From Eledone cirrhosa (lineage: Eukaryota), in the NCBI GenBank assembly GCA_964016885.1, contig OZ024745.1:47554001-47618000 (forward strand): 64,000 nucleotides of DNA. Reading direction: 5' to 3'. Numbering within the stretch: position 1 is the first letter of the stretch; every line of letters starts with the position of its first letter. Shown here in pieces: positions 13,701-27,795 of the stretch. A program made the position numbers and the translations under genes. The notes beneath the pieces were generated by a model, which saw only the letters and a program-made list of their open reading frames with translations, did no database searches and was not told the origin of the DNA.

Positions 13701-16700
13701 ATTTTTTTCCTAATTTTTACTCAGTCTCTAAATTTAAATTGGAGTTTTAAGAATTTTGGTTTCAAACTGTGATTAATTTATTTTAGATTGATTATTATTA
13801 ACCCCCTTGTTACCATATTTCTAATGAAAGACACTCTCTATGATTTTCAAATAATTTTGAAAATAATCAACGTTTCAGGGATTTAGTAATATAATGCCTT
13901 CAAGCTCATCATTGTCTTTGCTATATAGTTATAAGTCATACATATTAAATAGATGGCTTATTTTCCCATTGTTACTTTTATAACTGTAACTTGTTCTGTC
14001 AAGTTCAACTGTTCAGACCCATTTTCAGAGGATGGATCACTGCAATGCACAGTGACATCTGCTCGCTGATTAGACTAAACGGTTTCTTTTTGGAACCATT
14101 AAACAGCATGTACTCAGTCTGCCAAGTTTGTCCCCTCTCATTCCTTTTGTATGTATTGACTCCCAAGCCATTACTACATAAATTGGAGATGTTAAGGAAC
14201 ATCTCGCGTGAACTAGTATGTCGAAGATCCATGTCAGCATATGCCGACAATGTCACTGTAGTGGTGTCGCACACCAAACATATTGAGTGAATTGGCCTGC
14301 TCTGAGTATGCACTTGTATATTGGAAGAGGACAACTGGGAGGAAGCACTTACCCTAGTGGTCAGGCTGAACATGACTTTTTTTTTTGTGGACTTTCTCCA
14401 CGAGTAACCCTTGGAAGTCTTCCCCCTAGTGGGGAAATTTTTTTTGTTTTAATCTTTTTTAAGTTGTCTTGTTTTCTATTATCACCATTTTTACACAAGA
14501 AAACCCAAATTGCGCTGTCCTGTGCTGTCTTTGATGTTTTCTTTGTGTAAACCCTTTGTGGTTAATAAAAAAATATTTATTATTGTTATTTGTTTGCCTG
14601 GCAGAAATATGAGTATTCCACAGAGACATATGGAGGTTGTAAATGCAAGCATGAAACCTATGCAGAATCATACCAACTTCTCGACTCAAACGTCGGGATA
14701 TTATTATGATGATAAAGAAGAATCTCATGCCAGGTCTGCAATGTTAATTCTTTAATATATTTATTTAAAACTTAGAAAACAATTTATAACAATATTTAAC
14801 CCTTTTATGACCATATTTCTAATAAATACACTCCATTTCAATCAATTAATGAATTATTTTGAAGGATTTACTAAAATTATTAACTATTTCATTAAGATAT
14901 TAACTTAATAAAATTATATTGGAAGATTTTAATTTAAATCTGATTCTTTAAAATGAATGGCTTTGCTTTATAGAACCAGAGCTGGTTTTGTCTGGTTCGT
15001 ATCAAAAGGGTTAAATATTAGTTTCTTATTCAATATGTACTAAGATTCTAAAAGAAAGAGGGAAATTGTAATGATTATATCTTTTCCTACAACACAACAA
15101 CAACAACAACCATTTTAAGATCGTTTTTCCTGTTGATGTAGATATTAGCTTTCAGACCCCATGGCATGCTTCATATTCACCATGAGGCTCTTTTTGAAGC
15201 AATGTTTTATGAACAGACGCCTTTTTGGTGTCAACCCTTTAAGTCACTGAAATGAGTAAAACTAACTGTCAAGTTAAGCCCATCATGAAACGAGCAACCA
15301 CTAATAAGACTGTCTGAGTCAGAAGTTGTTCAGTGTAGACATAAGGTGTATAAAATAGCATAACCATAAATGGTGTGGGGTGTGATTATGTGTTTTGTCA
15401 GACATGCAGATATTTTTAAGAGGTGTCTGGGATGTTCCATTATGTAGTGAGAATGGATGTTGGGAGAGGGTGTCATTCATGTAGGTATGTGATAAATATC
15501 ACAATTGAATGAGAGGGATTACATGTTCAATCCTGAGCAAAATATGTGCCCAGAAAATGTTTTGAATTCAACACATCACAGTCACCTTTTATGACACATG
15601 GAATTAAAAGAGTATTAATAATATAAGTAAAATAAATTGAACTAACATTAACCAAAACCTAATCAAGTTGCAGTTTAAATTTACCAAGAGTTTACAACTT
15701 CTATATAATCTGCCACAACATGATTTAAATATTGATTTTATATACTTTTGTTATCTTTGGATGTTCAAAAATTTCTTATGGATTCAAATCACCAGTATGG
15801 AAAACAGATGTAAAATGTTGTTGATGATGATGATGATGAATAAAGTAATTAGTCTATTTTTAAATAAGTGTTGTGGTGTATAACATCTTGATGATATTTA
15901 GTATGTTAATGGTATTTATGAATTTAACAAGCACCATAGAACAACAAACTTCCAGTGGGCTATATCTGAAGGCCTGTTTGGGTCTCTACTTCAATTCTTT
16001 TCAATTGAATTTCTAACTCTGATGATAAAGACATGACCATCACAGAGTCTCAGTCCCATCCCTTTTGTGAAAGTAAGAAATCAGTAATACTTAGCTTTAT
16101 GAGATTTTTTTTTTAAATAGATATTTTCTGTTTTCAGCCGAGCTGGAGAGGATGGAAGAAAGAAAGGATATGTGCCTGATGATGATGTTGATGCCAAGCA
16201 GGAATTTCGTAAGCCCCGAGACACCCTGCTATTCATTTCCTCCGAATTTTTCTCTAATTGTCACTTCCGTCTACGTGAATTGCGAAAAAAGAAAGTTGAT
16301 CCTTCACTCCGTCCTACTGATAGACCACCTGAGCTGTTTGACTCTAAGACACATAATGTAAGTAAAGTTTGACTCTAAGACACATAATGTAACATTTGAC
16401 TCTAAGACATATACAGTATGTAAAGAAATTGACATATATTTAGAATAGGTTTACTTTGTAAATCTTTCAAAGTCAAACTACTAAAGGGTATGTGTATGAA
16501 CAAGCATAAATATCGGCAACCTATACCATCTCCACATCAACGACATATTTCAAGTTACATACAGAAGAATTGAACTACCATACATACTGATATAATAGTC
16601 AAATTTCTTTACTAATTTAGATCAAATTTATGGGGTCAACTACTACTTTCAAGGGACTAAAATTCACACTGAAATCTAGAATATTATATCAATCAGCAGA

Positions 16701-19335
16701 AGATCAAATGGACTTTAACTAACAGCTATAATAAAATTGTTTCTGCACATCAAAACACACTTTTTACTCCCGAATCACAAAAATAAGCTTACATAGCTCT
16801 TTAAAATATTTCCACTTTGCTTACATCACACTATAATAGAATAGATAAATTAATTTTCTCGTAACATTTATGTTAAGAATAATACCTTGATTCATAAATG
16901 CTACTGTTTTCCACGAAGAACTAAGGTTGACTTTTACATGGAAAAATCCAATTTGGGGGCAAAAAATAAGAGGTTGTTTTTTTCATGAGTATATATAGTA
17001 TAATTATCTAAATTTATTAAATAATAAAAACTTTGGATATTTCAATGTTATTTTATTTTAAAATATTGTTTTATTGATGAAAATATGTTTTTTTTAATTT
17101 TCAGCGCCTTGCTGAAATTGCTCATACATTATTGAAGTTAGCTCCATATGACCCTTACAGCATATCTTGCCCCGGATTACAAAGGTATGTTGTATAGCTT
17201 AGGTTATCTGGAGATATTTCCACTTTATATATATATATGTGTAAAAGGTAAACAGAAATAACACAATCGGTACAGTATATGGAAGGGATATATTAGGTTA
17301 ACGCTTGATATAGCAGGAAGAGGGTCTTAACGATTTGGACGTTAGTCCTTCATCAGAAGAAAGTATGAGAAATAAGATAGATTGAGAGGACGGGCGGGAT
17401 GGAAAATAAAAATAACAGGTCCATTCATGTTGACATCTCTTGCAAAACTGTTGGTGCTGGCGTTTTGTGTATGATTTATTTTTTAGAAAAGTGGATGATG
17501 GAGCGTGTCTACCTAAAATGGAAAAAAAAACGTTTTGTAAAAAGAGCTATACTTGTGCACGTGCGTAAGCATGTGTGTGTGTTATACGTCTATACAAAGC
17601 TAAGAAATGTGTGCGTATATGTGAGTAAAAGAGTGTGTCTGCATATAAGTACAAAGCTATGAGCAAAAGTATGTTAATATAAGGGTGTGTATGTGTGCAA
17701 ACAGAGCAGTGAAGGGAAAAGTGGAGTGAGCATATATAGTCGGACTGACATCATCATCATCATTTAATGTCCATTTTCCATGCTTGCATGGGTTAGACGA
17801 GTCGTCCACGTCAAGAGACAAGTTTGGCCAGAATTGGCCACACCGTACCTTGCTTAAACGAGACTGTAAATTTGACCAGAATTTTACAGCAGGATCCCCT
17901 TCTTAACACCAACACATTTACAGTGTGGAACTGGATGGTACAATTTTAAAAGATGGTATTAAATTAGTTCCTATGATTTATGATATTTTAATATATGTAG
18001 CATCAAGTTTTATCAGGAGATAACTTTGTTGAATACAAGAGACAAGCTTTGAATGTGACAGTGAGTTCAGTTTATGCCAGCATCAAAAAGCAGGCATGAT
18101 GTTAATGATTATATATTTCTATCTGTGTGTATGTATGTGTGGTTTCTTCATAAATTTGTAAAATAAATACTGTCTATTTTATTCCTTAGTTACATGGTCC
18201 ATGTCCTGCCAATAACTGACTGGTCTCAAGAACAAATTCGGCCAGCTCTAATTCTCATCCTCCGCAGGCTGGACAGACTTTTCAGTAAAGTGTCAAAGAA
18301 GTTGTTGGTTAGGGTAAGTATTTTCTCTTACTTTTCTAAAACATATTTTTGATATTTGGTGTTTCCAAAATTTATTATATTTGTTTGTTTTTTTAAGTTA
18401 AATTTATTTATTTCACTTTTGGGAGTGGGTTTGGTTTTCTTTTCTATATTTTTTAACCATTTTATTATTAAAAAATGTTATATCGTATTGGAACTAGAGG
18501 AGGGAAGGTGGATTAGCTGGCAGGGCCTAAACATTTTTGGGACCCTCCTCACCTCAAATTCTAGTACTTTTATTCTGTTCAGTTATTCTTAAGTACATTA
18601 TGTGCACTGCACATACATCTGTACACCCATAATCTATACATGAATCGTATGTATTTAGTACTTATTACTAAAAATAATTAGAGCAGTTTGAAATGGGATG
18701 TACATGTATTCTGAATCCGAAAAGAAAAAGCCATTCAATTGATTAACAAATACTTATCTATCATTTTTATTTAGATTCTTCTCATCAGAGACTAATGTTG
18801 TTTCAAATTGGTGTATCTTTTTTTCAGACTAACACACTGGAAAATTGCTTGTTCATTTTGTTATCATCATCATCATCACCACCATCTTCATCCTCATCAT
18901 CAACATCATTATTATTATTGTACACTATGCTGTTTATATTTCTATTTTTGCTAAGATATATTTGATATTCATAAATGAATGATTGCTATTTTTTTTTTAT
19001 TTACTTTCAATGTTGCACAGTTTATTTTGTTTATTTTTTCATATAATGACATATGAAAGTAATGTTGTTTTATGTCAGCTTCAACATCTTTTAATGGGGA
19101 ATTATTTCAGATTTACAGCACTACCATATTGAGCTATATTTTTCTTTTTTTTATTCAAATATTTTATTTTCAAAAAATTAAGTTTGTTTCTATGCTGTAA
19201 TTCCAAGCTTTATATTCTTGATTAGCATTACACCATTTTTATTGCACTGTGCTTCAGCAAGGATGTCATGAGGTAAGGGTCATTCTTGTTCCACATATAC
19301 ACACACACATGCACACACACACATATATATATGTG

Positions 19336-19394
<59 letters not shown>

Positions 19395-22300
19395 CATTTA
19401 GCTCTGCTCTTCACAATCACGTCATTTGTCTTTAGGTTGGTATTAACTGCATCTGCTCAAACTGCTGCTGCTGCTGCTGCTCTTAATGTTAGCTGCCAAA
19501 TTTCAACTTTTGTCAATCATCATTGCCATCATCATCATCACCAGTTTCCTTATTATTATTTGTTCGTGTCTTCACACATGTTACAGATCATTCCATAAGT
19601 TTTGTTGTTTTTCATTTGATTTTAATGTTATTTCTGCAAATGTTTGTCTTGTTTTGTGGCTAAACTACCCACATTCCTTAGGCACTGGTCAGTTTTCCTC
19701 TATCTCCAGCCCGTAAGGATAAAATCTGCAATTAATTTACAAAGACACCCACCAAATTTTGTTTTGGAAAAACTTGTCAGATAAGAATAACCAGCTCTCC
19801 AGAAAATGGAACAGTTTACATAGAACAGGTTAGCACTAGTTAAGCAGGAGTTGACTGGAGAAATCGTTAACAATAGGTGGTGGTGTTCTTTCACATGAGT
19901 GATTAGAGTAAAATCAATAGCTTTTAGTAAGTAAATAGCAACAGAAAAAAAATAGAGCAGAGGAGTTAGTAGCTAAACTAGATGTGATTAGGTGTGGCAT
20001 TGCAACTGATGTACTAGAATGATACTAGGTCATTTCTTCACATCAAGGTTACATTGTTCAAGCAAAGGCATTTGATTTGAGTCTCAAGGAAATAAAAGCT
20101 TTTAAATGGGCTTGAATGGTAGCATAACAACAAAGCCTCAATTTGGTCTTTGGCAGATCAGGATCAGTGTGTGCTGCTTGATTCCAAACAGATGCATGCA
20201 ACTTTCTATCAAGACTTAGGACAACTGCTTGGGCAAGTGGGAAAGCAGATATGGTGGCAGGCTATAGTTCCTACCTTAACAGCCTACCATGACTCTTGAT
20301 GGAAGATGTGGAGTGCTGTGAAAAGCCAATAACGGCAGCTGAAATATGAAAAGTCCTAAACAGTTGTACAAGATGTAGACTGCCTGGTTTGAGTTTTACA
20401 TAGATATCCCAGACTTGTTCCCTGGTGTCCTCACAACTGTCTACTGTAACTGGCAGCATAATAGGAGAATTTCCAGTTCTGTAAGTTAGGGAGTAGTAAC
20501 ACTGAGGAGGAAAGACGTGAAAAAAGTGGTATAATTAAAAATTCCTAACCCATAACCCTACGCAACACAGAGTTTAAGAATTTGGCCATGGTGTTTGCAA
20601 AGAGGATGGGGCTTGTCATCATGAGTCTGGTCAGGGAAGCACAGATGTGCTCAATCTTGATCAGGTCTATACATGACAACCACCACCTCATGTTATACAT
20701 CATAGAGAGGGTAGGGAGTAAACCTAGCTTTAGTGGGGTTTTGATAAATTTGGATTAGCTGTCCTCAAAGCAGCTGGTTTCAGCCCCATCTTCAGAGGCT
20801 GGATTGCTTCAATGCTCAGTGGCATCTGCTTGATGGTCAGAGTAAATAGCTACCTATCAGAACTTTTTCAGATCATGCTCTCTGTCTGTTAAGGATACAC
20901 TCTCTCGTCCCTTCTGTATGTGCAGACTCTTGAGTCACTACTATGGAAGCTGGAGCTGTTGCAGGGTATCTTGCTTGAACCATGATGTGGAAGAGCTGCA
21001 TCAGCTTATGTAGATGTTGTCAATATGATGGTCTTAAACACCTCAGAAATCGAGGTGGTTGGCATCTCCTTACAGGGGTATGAAACGTTGAAGGGAGAAA
21101 AGATTAACCCAGACAAGTCAGTGGGTTTACAGCTCAGCACCTGGAGAGGCAAGCCTCAACATTGTCACGTGATGCTGGATGGATGAACCAGTTAAGTTGT
21201 TTGGGGTCTGGTTTGGTCTTGACCCCTGGGCAAATAGGAATTAGGAGGTGATCACTCTCACCCATATCGGAAAGGTTGGGCAGAGGTGAATGCATACATC
21301 ACCCTTGTTACATATTAATACCTGGCCATCATACGTTGCCCCAGTTTGCATCTCACCAGATTGGAGCATCTGTTCTTTCACATCTTGTGGGAGAGACAGG
21401 TTCTACTGGTCAAGCAGTCCATCTGCTGCCAAGACCCTTTGCATGGAAGGCTCAGTATGCCATGGTTACTAATGTGCAAATATGTTCTGAGGCCTCAGCA
21501 TTTGCAAATATTCCTAAACTGTGAACAGACCATCCTTGTTACATTCACCAAACTTTTAACAAACACTTTCTTATGGTGTTCTTGGCAATAAGGGTAATTT
21601 CAGATCTGTGGAGTTCCAAAATTACCTGCAGGTGGTGCACCCATATTGGGGAATTCTGTTGTTAAATCATTTTTCTTGTTACTTTGTTATCGTTTTTTTT
21701 TTCTGTTTATTTGATTTATGTAAATTCCTAATGTAATTATTTATCTGTGTTGTTCTTTGTGTTTTGGACTTAGTGGCCAATAAAGAAATCATTATTATGG
21801 AAACTAGAATGTCCTCAAGTGCTCACAGCCCTCAGCCAATTGGGCAGTGCAATCGGTGAAAACTCCACCTTGGCTTTCTATAGAAGTTTAGTAGTGGGTA
21901 AAACAATGGTGTTCTTGGGGAGACTCTGGGAGTCAAGGAAAATCAGCAGCCACTCTTTTCCAGATGACTTTCAGTCCAAGGCCCATAGATAACTTCCAGG
22001 AATCCCTGGCCTGACAATGCTACCAAGGAGCTTTGCCAGTTCAAGATTAACACTACGGACATGGAAATTCTATCAGAAGATCCTGTCCGAGATGTGCACA
22101 AAGTGACAAAACCATCCTGCATGACTCACTGAGTGTTCAAGCATTGCTGACTTCTGGGTTTCTGTCAAACACCAGCTGTCACATGTGGGATGGATCCGAC
22201 TATCAACTGAGTCCATTGTGAAGATCACCCTGCCATCTTTAGAGGGGAAGGACGGGCAGTTTTTATCTGCCTGGTGGCCATAGCAAAAGAGGTTGTGTGG

Positions 22301-25300
22301 TGGACGTGCTTGAAATGATTGAGGACATACACTTTCCTCTTCGGTGAAGCCCTGATTAACTTTTTCAGTAGAGAGGGAAATGCTGCCTTCCAACCAGTTT
22401 GTTGAAAGATGGGTGAGAGGGACAAGCATGCGCAGAGTGAATGGGCCTACTCTTAGTATTCACCTGTACATTAGAAGAGGACCACTGAGTGAGAGCACTT
22501 GCTCTAGTGGGTATCCCCACTTTTAGGAAATTTGTTTATTTTGATTTTTAAATGTTTTTTTTTTTAGTCTTTCTCTCACATAAAAAATACCACACTGTAC
22601 TGTCCTGTACTGTCTTTATTGTCCTCTTAATGTAAGCCCTGTGTGGTTCATAACGAAACAATTATTATTCATTTTAATTTGCTGTAATTTCTCATACATT
22701 GTGCAAAGTTGTTGTTATTATCATTAAATAGATCTGAAGCTGCTATTTGTTTTGCTGATTGATTTTTGCTACAGCTTGCTGTTGATAGAACAATTTAGCA
22801 ATTCCAATATTCCTGGAAGCCTTTCATTTATTTATCAATCTGTTTATTTATTTATTTATAATTACAACAGTATATGTTTTCTATTGCAATATATATTTAG
22901 TTTCATAAAGGATAAATATTTATTTATATGATGAAATCAATTTTTTTTTTTTTTACTCCCTAAATTTTAATTCTTGGTACTAGTCAGTTTTCCTCTGATT
23001 AAAAAAATATTATCTAGAACTCCAAACTCAAAAATATATTTGAGTCCAATTATTTTTATCCAGGGGGCCTGAACTCTTGATACAATTATAGAGGAACCAT
23101 TGTGACATATGGCCTGTCTTGGTCAATTAAACCTGGCAGAGCTCATCCCTCTCCAAGTCTGAGCACAGTTAATTTCTTCAAAAGAAAGATTGGTACTTAT
23201 CGACCTTGAAAGGATGAAAGGTAAACTTGATGATGACAGCATTTGAATTGAAAGTGTAGAAAGCCAGAACAAATACTTTCAAAGCATTGCATCCAATGTT
23301 CTAATGAATCTGCCTCAATTAATTTAGAAACCATTATTATTATCTTAACTTCCAAGGATGATAAATTGGCATAATCATTAGTATCAAACAAAATGCCTTG
23401 TGAGATTTATTCTCACTCTTGATCTTATTTGAAATCTTTCTGAAATCAATTTTGTCTTTCATTTTTCCAGGGTGATAAAATAAGAGGTCAGTCATGTACT
23501 AGGGTCCATTTAATTAACTAACCCATTCCCCCATATTTCTAACCTACTTATGTTAGAAAAGACTTTTATTACATCCACAGTTCATTATTTTTTTCTTTGC
23601 AAGAGCATTTTTAAAATGTTTTATTTTAGTTATTGCTAGTCTTTTTTCTATGTATTGCTTTTGGTATAAACAACAAAGTTACTGGGTTTTTTCCTTCTTT
23701 TTTTTTTTCATTTTCTTGAAGCATCAAATTGGATATGGGTTTAATATTCCGGTATTGTTACATTTTTGTCAATTAGCTGTTTGCCATGTATTTTATTTTT
23801 TAATTTATCCAACCACTTATTCTTCATCGGCATTGTATAATCCACTCTTCACTGTAGTTGTCAGAAAACAACCACAATTTTGTAATTTCACTCTGTATTT
23901 AATCACTTTGTAACTTATCAAGAATAATTAGTTTGACTGTTTATAATTAAATAGCAACTGATGTATATTCACTGACCTTGTTATCACATTCAAAGCTTGT
24001 TTCTTTCATTCAGCAGTACATACAACAAATATCTTAAAACTTAGAAAGAGAGAGCCATCATTTTTATATGTATTTTCCCTGCTTGCACAAGTTGGATAAA
24101 GACTTGTTCTCATCCCAGTTTTATGAGGCTCTGAGTAACTGAGTGTACAAGACTACCTTCTGAACATCACAGAACTAACACCCAGCTTTTATTGTTGATA
24201 CTCGTTTTCAGCTGAGTAAACTAAAGGATACAACATGCCACTTAGTCTGGGAATCAAAACCACAACCTTATGATCATGAGTCCAACACCTTAACAACTAG
24301 GCCATGCACCTTCACTTTTCAAGTTAGAAATTTGTAAATTTTGCAAGAAAAAGTACTGGAAGATAATAATAATAATAATATATATATAATAACATATCCA
24401 TATAACCAGAGTTTTGGAAGATGCTTTGTTTCATAATTATTCATACTGTTACAATAGTCATCTAATTATGGATCTACAGTCTTCTTAAACAGTAACAATG
24501 TTTCTGTGTACTAGTGTGTATATTCATGTAAAACCACACCATTTTCCACAAAAGCACAACCTGAAAAACCACCATGTGACATATCAACTGGACCTACAAA
24601 AACTCAACTTACAATATATGGTATGAGGTACACTCAAGAGGTTTGGAGGCTTTTATCAAAGAAACATATATTTAACTCAGATTAACACAAAACTCTAGTC
24701 TCCCTCAAAGTGGGATCCTCGAACTTCAAAGCACTTGTAGCACTCCAGCTACTTTTGGAAGGCCCCCTTGTAGTCCCCCAAAATGAAGGTGTCTAAGACA
24801 CTTGTCACAGCCCCCTTCATCTCCTCCACATCCTCGAAGCGGATACCCCTGAGTTTCTCTTTCAGCTTCGGGAACATCCAGAAGTAACATGGGGCTATGT
24901 CTGGACTCTAGGGAGGATGAAGGACAGTCTTGATCCCTATATCGGCCAAGTAGTTATCACCAGGAAGGATTTGTGGCAGAGGGCATTGACCTGGTACAGG
25001 TGCCACTGATCAGACTTGAAAAGTTCTGGTCTCTTGTGACAAAATCTCTTTCTGAACTGCCTCAAAACCTCTACATTGTACTCTTTGTTGTCTCCCACCA
25101 TGGGGCCCCAGTGGATGTAAATGATGCCCTTGCTGTTGAAGAATGGGATCATCATGAGCTTCCCAGTGAACCTACTTTGCCTGGCCTTCTTGGGTCTTGG
25201 GTAGTCAGAATGTTTCCACTGGGCACTCTGTCTCTTGGTCTCTGGATCATAACAGTAGACCCAACTCTTGTCACAGGTTACCAAAGACTCAAGGATATTT

Positions 25301-27737
25301 GGATTCAAAGCAATCCACTTGACCATCTTCCTGCTGTCATCAATGCACCTCTTTGATCTTCATTGAGCATCCTGGGAACAAACTTTGCACATATTCAGAT
25401 CATCAGGAATGACTGTACACTGTGCCCTTAGACACTTCAAATTGTTTAGCTGTCATCATGAAATGCACAATGGTCCTTATTCAGAAATTTGTAAATTATG
25501 TCAACCAACTTTAGCATCATAATGACCCTCTCCCTGCCACACTTTACGTCGTCCCTCACCTCTCCCTTCCCTCTTGGAACCTCTTATGCCAGTGGAAAAC
25601 AGTCACCTGGATCATGAAAGTTTGTCTGAAAGCAGTCTTGACCCTTTCATAGGTTTCTGCAACATTATTGCCAAACTTGACACAAAACTTTATTGCATAT
25701 TGAGCCTCCAAGTTGTCCTCACATCCCAACTGCATTGGGGAACCAGTCAGTTGTGCCAGGATGTGAATGATGAGTAGTGTTTAAAGTGCTGTAGTGGCCT
25801 AAACCTTCAACCTGGAACATAAGGATTTGGCATGTTAGCTTATTATAACCATATCAAGGATATATTAAAGTGATAGTTACATAACTCAATTAAAAGTGCC
25901 TGAAAATAAAAGTCTCAAAAACTTCTTGAGTGTACCTCATACATTGTAAATATGATATATTAAATGGAGGTGTGACTTACACAAGTGACAAATGTAACTT
26001 TTATTTCTTTTTATTTCTGCTTACATCCTATCAGTTTAATATAAATAATTCAATAACCAATTTTTTAATCGACCATTGAAATCAAAACTTTTTATATTAG
26101 ATAATCTATTATGTTTATAATGTAAGAGATTTTCTCAAGAAAACTTATTTTTTTAACCCTGTATGGCTGTAATTAATGATAAAATATTCTAGCCATTACC
26201 CAATGTGTTTTATCTGCTGTTTATTTTACTTACACATGAGAGTCAACCCTATAATGCATTCCTTCATTGATATTTGTTTCAGTACTAATTTAGTATTCTT
26301 TGCTTATTCATTTATATCCCTAGAAACTAGTATTGCATTTCTACATATCCATGACAATATGTAGTAATTTTAAATACTAGTTGCTTGGATGTTCTTTTTT
26401 TCTGTTAAACATTTGAAAACTATATCGTATGTATTTGAAGCATAGAGTTGTATGAAGTAAATGATGCAAAAGTACATGATTTATGACTTTTGCAAATGTC
26501 AGAATGATATATTTTCTAAAATAAGATATATTACATTATCCAGTTCATAGTATTCATTACAAAACAAAAACAATGTCTGTTCTTTGTAAGTGGTTATAGT
26601 TGACTATTAATTCTTTTGTTACCACAGTACTGATAAAAGATATTGTCTATAATTTTCAAATTATTTTGAAAATAATCAAAAATTTGGAGGGGTTTAGTAT
26701 TAAAACCAACTTTCTTATTATTAAACTGGTCTTTGGAGCATAACTTAACCAAGGTTCTTATATGAAATTACGATGGAAGGGTTTTAGATAAATATAAATT
26801 AGTATCATAGAACCAAAAGTAGTTTCAGCTGGTTTGGAATATAATTTGATAAAATTCTTACATAAAATTATGATAGAAGGATTTTAGATAATTATAAACA
26901 CTTTAAAATTTATTGTAGAACCAGGGTGTGGTTTGATATCAAAAAGGTCTTAAAAAACATTATCTAGTTCAGAGATAAATATTTAGACAGGAAAATATGC
27001 TGGTAGATTTAGAAGTCTTATTGAATTCCACTTTACTTGTTGTATGGTGTATAATTTTAGTTCAATCTTATTTCTTTCAAAATAAATAGTCAAAAAGGAA
27101 AAGAGTACTAACAACTATGAACAAATGAAATTGTGTGTATATATATATATATATATAATCATTTAACGGCCATTAAATGAAAAAAGACCACAGTTAACCA
27201 CTTAAATCTATTCTTTAATTTCTACATCCGTTTCAATACAGGTTACAATAATATATGCATATGAAAACAATCGGAAATAATTATATATATATATATAAAT
27301 ATATATATATATATCATAAATATAAATAAAAAAAATCATTCAATTATATAACACTGTATCACTGTATATAAATATATATATAGCTCTAAGTTAAAAAAAG
27401 ACAAACATGGAGAACAATTACATAAAATCTTATTAGTTTCATGTGTGCAGGAAAAAGAATATCTCAACATATTTGACGTTAGTCCTTCTTCAGGAAAGAG
27501 TAAGTTGGAAGAGAAAAAAGAGGGAAGAAAGAAGAAACATTGAAGACAGTTGTTTATTTTATTTTTATCATTTAAGTATTAAACTAATAACATTAATTGT
27601 ACAGTGTTCTCCATCTTTGTTTTTACTGGGTTTTTCTTTAATTATGTTTGCCATGCTCACTATATATATACATAGAGAGAGAGACCAAGCGGTTTGAGCT
27701 TGTCTCCCCATTTTCAGCACTGCAGACTCTCTCTCTC

Positions 27738-27795
<58 letters not shown>

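Noticed and set aside
27680-27735. ctgaaaatgggg...gctcaaacc on the - strand, resembling a hammerhead
   Set aside because: Both core boxes deviate from CTGANGA and GAAA.
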